Source of the DNA: the human T2T-CHM13v2.0 reference genome, Homo sapiens
DNA length: 64,000 nt
Reading direction: 5' to 3' (one strand)
NCBI RefSeq assembly: GCF_009914755.1
Contig: NC_060931.1
Positions 56,158-64,000 of this stretch are shown here, piece by piece; positions within the stretch are counted from its first letter, which is position 1; each line of letters begins with the position of its first letter. The position numbers and the translations under genes are program-made. Below the pieces are notes generated by a model. It had not been told where the DNA came from. It did no database searches and was given only the letters and a program-made list of their open reading frames with translations.

Positions 56158-56996
56158 TCAGGCAGCTTCTTGCCAAAACACCAAACACGGACATGATCAT
56201 GCCTCGATCTAGAGGTCTGACTACCACCCACGGGGTGTGCAGGGGACAGAGAAACATCTTCAATAACACTGCAGGGGTGGAAGAGCAAAGTCCACATGGT
56301 AAGAAACCCTACAGGATAAATAATCCAGTTACTCCAATAAACAAGTTGAAAGAAAAAAAGGAGAGACATACAGATTAACACTTAAGTGATCCTGACCAAT
56401 GGCAATGCATGACCTTATTAGGTTGTTGATTCAAACTCTGCTAAAACAAAGCAAAATCAACATGAAAACATTAATGAGACAACAGGGAAAATCTCTAAAC
56501 TGACTAGGTTGACATTACGGAATTACTGCCAATTTTTCAGGAGCCATACGGTACTGCGGTTGTCATTTTTCGTCTTGTCTTTTTGAGGTACACTCTAAAA
56601 TATTCTCTGCATTTGCTCCCGGAGGCCGGGGGAGGGCTGCTGAAACAAGACTGGTAATCAGTGATAACTGCCATGCCTGGGGTTTCATTAGACTATTTGT
56701 TTTTGAGTATGTTTGAATTTTCCATGAGATAAAGGAAGTCCTCCTTTCACTCATGAACTCCTCTGTCTGTCTCCTTTATGGTGATCTGGGCAAAGGCAGT
56801 TTCCTCCCCTCCCCACTGAGACGGGGCCCAGATCCAAGTGAGAGCGTGCCATTACAGTACTATTCGTGGTAATGTGACAGAACAAGCTCGGCCTGTCAGT
56901 CCAGCCAAAGTCCTCACAACGTGGACTGCTTTGGTCTCTGGACACATGTTTTCTAACCCTGGAGCCCAGCTTCTTCGGGCGGGCGTGCTTACTCAC

Positions 56997-57047
56997 CAGC
57001 TGGCCGATCCGGTCCAAGTTGTCCAGGAAGTACTTCACCGACTCCCC
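56997..57047 (-). CDS. GNA12: GNA12 penultimate exon (GESVKYFLDNLDRIGQL, 51 nt); earlier exons lie beyond the window
   Basis: Acceptor ttcctgacag|GGG; donor CTG|GTGAGT; conserved G-alpha S.KYFLDNLDRI; phase 0 join to the last exon. Confidence 0.96.
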
Positions 57048-60000
57048 CTGTCAGGAAGGAAGAATATTCACAGCTCAGTCTGGACTGAGGAATCCTGATG
57101 TGGCAAATACAAGAACTGAACAGGGTAAGAGCAGTGGCATTTCGCCTCCGTGTGAATGGGAAAGCAAAGGAAAAAGGCAGAGAGTGTCCGTGTGTTTTCT
57201 AAAATAAAAAAACTACCATTAAAGAAAATGTTTAATGCAGGTTCTTTAGCTCCAACCCCAAGGTTCAAATTCTGGCTGTTTTTCAATTTTCGCTGCTGGG
57301 TTTTGGTGTGTGGTGCGATGCAGGCCCCTCTGATGGGGGACTCTCTTTCCAGACATGAAGGCTGGCCCACTCCTGGCCATGCGGCCAGCAAAGGACAGGC
57401 TAGAATAGGATTTTAGATTTTGGCTCCTGGGTACAGTCTTGCTTCTGTCGAAGATGGCCTAAGGGACCCAAGACATTGTCCTTAAAGACAAAACATCCTG
57501 ACGAAAAGGAGCATCTGGCAAAACATCTTCCAGTTTCTAGAAAGAGTCCATTATTCCTTCCCACATTTTTATGACCTGATTTATAGTAGCAAACACAGGG
57601 GAATCTTCCATTTGGATTGTTGTGGTGGAATGATGGCCAGTCTTCTCCTGCCTGGACCAATCATCGATACAATCTGAGACGTGTTCCATAGTGCGAAGGG
57701 CCCTGCGGAATCACCCAGGACCCCGTTTCAGGAAGCGCTGAGCCGCCAAATGCGAGGCACACACGGGGCACGGGAGGAGCCGGGAGAGCGCAACCACCGA
57801 CCACAGAGCAGCCCGCATATGAACAGGCACGCAATGAGTCCCTTCAAAGGTAGCGTATTAAAAACCAATTATACCACTTTCTATAAGATTCCACTTTGAA
57901 CCCTGCTCTAAAGACAGACACCAGCAGGCGGGGTCAAGGCTTCCAGGCTGCCCTGACATCAGGGCTTGTGGGAAGAGCAGTCACTTTCTGTGTTCTCATG
58001 GAAATGTACAGGGGCAAGGTCATACACATGTGGCGAGCTGACGCAGGAGAATTTTAAGGAGAGAAGGCCATCAGAATGGACTACGTGATGGCGCTGAAGC
58101 TCGTGGCGTTGTAAGGGATGGAGAAAGGCGGCCAGCACCTGCTCAGTCTATCTCTTCCTCCTCTGTCCCAGACAGACTGAGGGGAGAAAGCAGAGAGGAA
58201 GCTCCTTCAGGGAGGAGCCCACCTTCCTACTTTAGAACGAAGGCCTCTGGATGTTTTCAAAGTGAGTGTTTTGTTTGAGGGGACAGAAACACACGTCTCC
58301 CCATCCCAGCACTGCCTGTGTTGAGCGAGCACACATCCTCCTCCTCTGTGGCAGGACGGGGCGAGCACGTGCACCTCGTGACCACCGGCTCTCTAGAGCC
58401 CCAGGCAGAGGCCCAGCTCTGCAGTAGGGAAGGCATCGGGAGTGCCAGGGTGAACGTACCCCAAGGGCCCGGCACGACTGACCTCTCGTGCCTGCTCTCT
58501 CCCTTCCTCGCCAAGCCCCCGTGATGTGGGAAGCCAGCGTGAGGCCGGTGGGGCAGCCGCCTTCCCGTGGCTGTGCCAAGTCCCCCCGGTCCTCTGCACA
58601 TCATGCCTCCTTCCACACCCTGACAGGAAGCAGCTGGGAGAAGCCGTTGGGTGCACTCACTCCCTGATTTACGACAAGTTCCTTCCTCAGCGCCTCTCTC
58701 GCCTGCCTCCTCCTGCTCTCCTGCCCTCCCCTGGGCCTCGGGAGGTGCCACGCAAGCCCAAGAAGCATCAGCATACTGTCCCTCCCTCTCCTGTGGCCAC
58801 GGGCTCCCCCAGGGAGCTGAGAGTAGCAGCAGCTCACAGCCCAAGCCACCCTTGCCCGTTTCTAGGCAGGTGGTGGCACCAGGCACGAAGGAAGCAGAGG
58901 CAGTTCTCCTGCAGGGTTCTAGCTGGGTCAGGCATGGAGAGTCACAGTGGCACAGATGCCCCAGCCAGTGCTCTTATCACCACAGGACACAAAGCCCTGG
59001 ACACACGTGCTCCGCCCAGATAGTACGGACGCAAGGGGAAAAGCACCACAGAGGGCACAATCAGGACAAGCTCGATGGGAAGCAGAAAACAGGAGGGACG
59101 TTTCCCTCGGTGTGAGTCTAAACACCCCTCGAGTCTGCAATCAGTCCCCCAGCTGCACTTCACAACACAGCAAACACTCACTGCTGCTTTCTCCACGATG
59201 ACTGAATGAGGATGGCTCATTTAACTCATCACAGCATTTGTATCACTACTTGGAATGCAGGAAAACTTATCTGTGACTCTCGGTCATCTTGCATGAGTGG
59301 CGGAGGAGAGGAGTCAAATCTAGTTTCATGTCAGGGCGGCCTCATCTCGAGAAACAGCCCAGGGGGTCCGTGGGAAAGCTGCCACTGAACTGTAAGGTGC
59401 CAGGGACTGTGCCACAAGCTCTCTAATGGGGGCTGGAGGGGAGGGAAGAAGGGGACACAGAGCAACCCTGTGTGATCCAGAACGCTGTCACTCACATCCG
59501 CACTCTTGCTGTCCCTGAGGTTTGGTGCACTGCGGTTCACCAACAGAGACTGGACAATGCACCTGCTGATTGGGCACGCAGCCCACGGGACGATCGTTTG
59601 CGACGGACTCCTCAAGTCTTACAGCAGCAGCTCATTAAAAGGGCCAGGTTTACAATCCCATGCATTTTCAACACTAAGAGAATTCAGTCATTTCTTTAGA
59701 GAAAATGCATGTGGCAGAAACTGAGATGTCCACATGTAATTAACCGCTTGGTGGGTTTATAAAGAGGCACTGTGCCTGCCAAGACGAGCCCAGAGTCCTC
59801 TCAACGGCTGCTGCGGTCACACGATCTAGAAACACGAGTGGATCCAAAGTGGGCTCTCGGGACTCTCCTTGGTGTGAAAAACCTACACCACTCAAGATTA
59901 ACACAAACTTGGACTTGCGGATTAAATGAAATGAATTTCATTAGGCTGGGGCCAGCGGCCACTGAGCACACACCTGACAGGGGCCTGTCCCCTGCCTCAA

Positions 60001-60659
60001 CTGTCCCACGAATGTGTCTGTCCTCTCACGAGCAACAGAAGGGATGAACCTGAGCAGGGGCTGGTGGCAGTGAAAGAGGGGTTGTCTGTTTCAAGCAGCA
60101 GCAGCAGGTTGATATGGGGCCTGTGCACCTGTATTGGGCACAGCCGGGCAGATGTGATGTCGTGACACTGGGCAGGACCTAGGCCGACACACGCCCATGA
60201 GGAGACCGCCTTTCTGCAGAGGCCTGCAGCCTTCAGCAGTTTCTGGAAGCACCTGTCACCCACACCTCCGGTGGGAGAAAGACACACGCTCGGCTTGCTG
60301 CCGCTCAGAACTCCGTCAGCACCGTCAGGCAGGCACTGCAGCAGCCTCGCCCGTCACCTCTGTCTCTGCACACAGCAAGCTGCCCCTTCACAGACCCCTG
60401 CTGGCCTCACGCACTTCCTTCAGCTAATTTAGGACCACGAGAAAAGAGCTTCAGATCATTCAACCCTGCACAGGACCAGACCCTCGAGATCAGTACATGA
60501 GGGGCTGACTCTGGTTCCCTCTTGTCCTCTGCTCCTAATTGGAGCCTTTCTACCCACATGCTTGGTTCAGTTCCTGCCTGTCAATGTCACAGACTGACAG
60601 GGTGTGCATTAAAGACAGCCCATGTGTGGGTCCCACTGGGGAGTGAGAGGAAAAGGTAA

Positions 60660-61233
<574 letters not shown>

Positions 61234-61688
61234 TAGAGGATTCCAAAATCTAGTTCACTCACTTCAACGTGACAAATTACAAAGACAAATTTTAAAACTG
61301 CTGTGTATGAAAAGTAACAGCAAACTATGCCAAAGGCCCAGGTTTTCAATTTCATTACTTAATAAATAAATATTAAAGTTAGCATTTGATTTCCACTGAA
61401 TAGAGACGCTAGCCAAACAACAGAGAATCTTTCAAAATACTTTTAAAAACAGTATCTAGTTCCCCAAAAGAAATCCTCATTTTGAACTCAGGCTTTGCTC
61501 AGTGAACGCCTGTGACATCTCACAGGGCTGGCGTGAGATTAAATGATACCACAGCTGTGAAAGTATTCTGGAAAAGAGATACAACACCACATTCATATAC
61601 ATTAGAAAAAGGAAGCTTTTCAAGTTTTAATTTGGGTACCTATGAATTGTTTGTTGCTAATTTATCATCCCCAAATATTAGGTAAGAG

Positions 61689-61846
61689 GACCAGGCGTGG
61701 TGGCTCACAGTAACCTCAGCACGTTGGGAGGCCGAGGCAATCACTTGAGGTCAGGAGTTCGAGACAAGCCTGGCCAACATGGTGAAACCCTGTCTGTACT
61801 AAAAATACAAAAACAGAGTGAGGCTCCATCTAAAAAAAAAAAAAAA
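61689..61846 (+). mobile_element. Internally deleted Alu
   Basis: Left arm joined directly to cagagtgaggctccatctaaaaa. Confidence 0.82.
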
Positions 61847-62719
61847 TTAGGTAACAGATTCACTGGCAGAAATACAAAGTGACGCAGGCACAAGCTGTCA
61901 CTGCAGGAAACGTCTAGTAGGAGAAGCTGCTTGAGGAAACTGTGATCTCCACGCAGTCAGGGGCTACGCACCGGCGAAGGAGAAGAGCTCCGTGGCTGGA
62001 AGGAGGTTTCCGATACCCACTGCCAAAGGAAAAGCACAAGGCACGAAACAACGCAGAGTATCTTCCTTTTATGTAAGAAATGGCGGGAGACTAAAACCCA
62101 TATTCTGCTTGCTTATATTTGGAAAAGGAAACGTGGATACACCAGCAGCAGATAAAAATGACTTCTAGGGAGGGAGGGAATGGGGGATGGGACAGAGACA
62201 GGAGTAGCCCTCTCTGAGTATGTCTGACTTTGGAACCATGCTAACATCTTCCATAATTAAAAAAAAATTAAATAAAAAACCAACCCCTCAAAATTGAACC
62301 CAAATTAAAGCAAATGAACCCAATAGGACAATAAGGTTAGAGGCGGAACCTAGAATTCTGGCCTCCTCCTGTTTTTTATTTTGTTTGTTTTTTTGTTTTT
62401 TGCCAGAATGTGAAAGTACAGAGGAGCTGGCCCCTGACTCTGGCCACGCTTTGGCCCCCTTGCCCTGTGTGTAGCCTCGTGGCTGTGCCTGTGGACACCT
62501 CGTCTCCAAGCCTGGCACACAGCCACCCCTTGGTCACAGCAGTGAGACCCCAGGAAGAGCTGCACAGGGTCCTTGGCCGTGGAGCAGCCTCTACAACTGT
62601 AAGCTCAGGCTCCGCAGGGTGTGTCCTCGGCGTGTGCAGGGTTGCTGTCACAGGGGTGCCACGCCGGGCCCCTAAAGCACCAGCCCCCTTGCCTGGGTTC
62701 TTCCTTTATGTTTTCATTA

Positions 62720-63760
62720 GGTAAGATCTACATAATAGAAAATTCACCATTTTGACATGAACCATTCAATGGCATTTACTACCTTCAAAATGTTGTACGG
62801 CCACCACTTCTACAGCCTATCAGCCGCCACTCCCACTGCCCTGGCCCAGACCCTGACAACACGAATCTGCTTTCTGTCTCCATGGATTTGCCGGTTCTGG
62901 ATCTCTCATTGGAGCGCATTCACACAGCATGCAGCCCTTTGTGTCTGGTTCTTTTACTTGGTGCGGCATTTCCGAGGCTCGCCCATGCTGTGGCACAGGC
63001 CAGTGCAACATTCCATTTTACGGCCAATATATATATATGTATATTACATGCCATTGTATGGATATGTGGTTTGTTTTTCCATTTGTCAGTTGATGAACAC
63101 TTTGTTTCCAGTTTTTGGCCGTTGTGAACAGTGCTACAAACAGCTGTGTGGAAGTTTTTGCTTGAATATCTGTTTTCATTTCTTGAGTATACACCTAGGA
63201 GTGAAACTGTAGCATCCTATGGTAGTTCTTTTTTTATTTTAAAATGGAGTCTCGCCCCGTTGCTCAGGCTGAGTGTAGTGGTGCGATCTTGGCTCACCGC
63301 AACCTCTGCCTCCTGGTTCAAGCAGTTCTCTTGCCTCAGCCTCCCAAGTAGCTGGATTACAGGCGTGCGCCACCAAACCTGGCTAATTTTTGTATTTTTA
63401 GTAGAGACGGGGGTTTCACCGTGTTGGCCAGGCTGGTCTCGAACTCCTGACCTCCAGTGATCCGCCCGCCTTGGCCTCTGAAAGTGCTGGGATTACAGGT
63501 GTGAGTCACTGTGCCCGGCAGTCCTTTGGTAATTCTGTGCTTAATTTTCTGAAGACCACCAAGCTGTTCTCCACGGCGGCTGCACAAGTTTACATTCCCA
63601 TGGGCCATGTACAAAGTTTCCAATTTATCCACATCCTTGCCAACACTTGCTGTTTTCTGATTTTTAAAAACGGTGGCCATCCTACTAGCTGTGAAATGGC
63701 ACTCCAGTGTGATCTTTTCTGGGTTTTCTGGCATTTCCTGGTGATCTTTTCTAGGTGGTT
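62720..63760 (-). mobile_element. L1M (MB/MC-like) 3' fragment interrupted by Alu(-) 63227-63519
   Basis: aaattcaccatttt, ctttctgtctccatggatttgcc, tttcttgagtatacacctaggagtgaaa, tttacattccca, ccacatccttgccaacacttg. Confidence 0.8.
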
Positions 63761-63777
63761 CTATTTGTATCATCATT

Positions 63778-64000
63778 ATAGACTGCATGTTTGTATGCTC
63801 CCAGAATTCCCATGTGGAAGCCCTACCTGCAGTGTGATGGTATTTGGAGATGGGGACTTTGGGAGGTGACTGAAGGTAGGGACCTCATGATACGATAGTG
63901 CCTTCATAAGAAGAGACCGGAGAGCTCTCCCTCTCACTCCGTCCTATGTGAGGCACCAGGACACAGTGAGAAGCTGGCCGTCTGCAAGCGAGGAAGACAG
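63778..64000 (+). mobile_element. MaLR LTR (MLT1A/MST-like), cut by the window edge
   Basis: gtgatggtatttggagatggggactttgggaggtga...ataagaagagac...ggacacagtgagaag...ggccgtctgcaagc. Confidence 0.75.

Overview
Primate (most likely human) genomic DNA matching the chr7p22 AMZ1/GNA12 locus. The + strand carries the whole AMZ1 gene (archaemetzincin-1): two candidate alternative non-coding first exons in CpG-rich promoters (about 2.6-3.2 kb and 11.6-12.3 kb) and six coding exons (23985-24288, 26257-26424, 32121-32249, 32608-32777, 33184-33360, 35874-36422). These join through GT-AG sites into a 1497-nt, 498-aa ORF, followed by a 3' UTR with several poly(A) signals. The - strand carries the last two coding exons and the ~3.1-kb 3' UTR of GNA12 (G-alpha-12), convergent with AMZ1. 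The rest is dense Alu sequence with MaLR/ERVL LTR, L1, L2 and MIR fragments and small tandem repeats; most ORFs in the supplied track are GC or Alu artefacts. I see no new multi-gene system. The best leads are: (1) AMZ1 has Asn in place of the third zinc-ligand His; (2) exon 6 is open in two frames, so skipping exon 5 would give an NMD-escaping 297-aa product; (3) an out-of-frame uORF overlaps the AMZ1 start codon; (4) a 3' UTR rearrangement places an AATAAA inside a possible 35-bp RNA stem; (5) a minisatellite with 7 CACCTG E-boxes sits next to the CpG promoter; (6) unexplained poly(A) signals between the genes could produce overlapping AMZ1/GNA12 transcripts; (7) a hydrophobic 50-aa ORF lies in the GNA12 3' UTR. 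Repeat boundaries and subfamilies were read by eye and are approximate.
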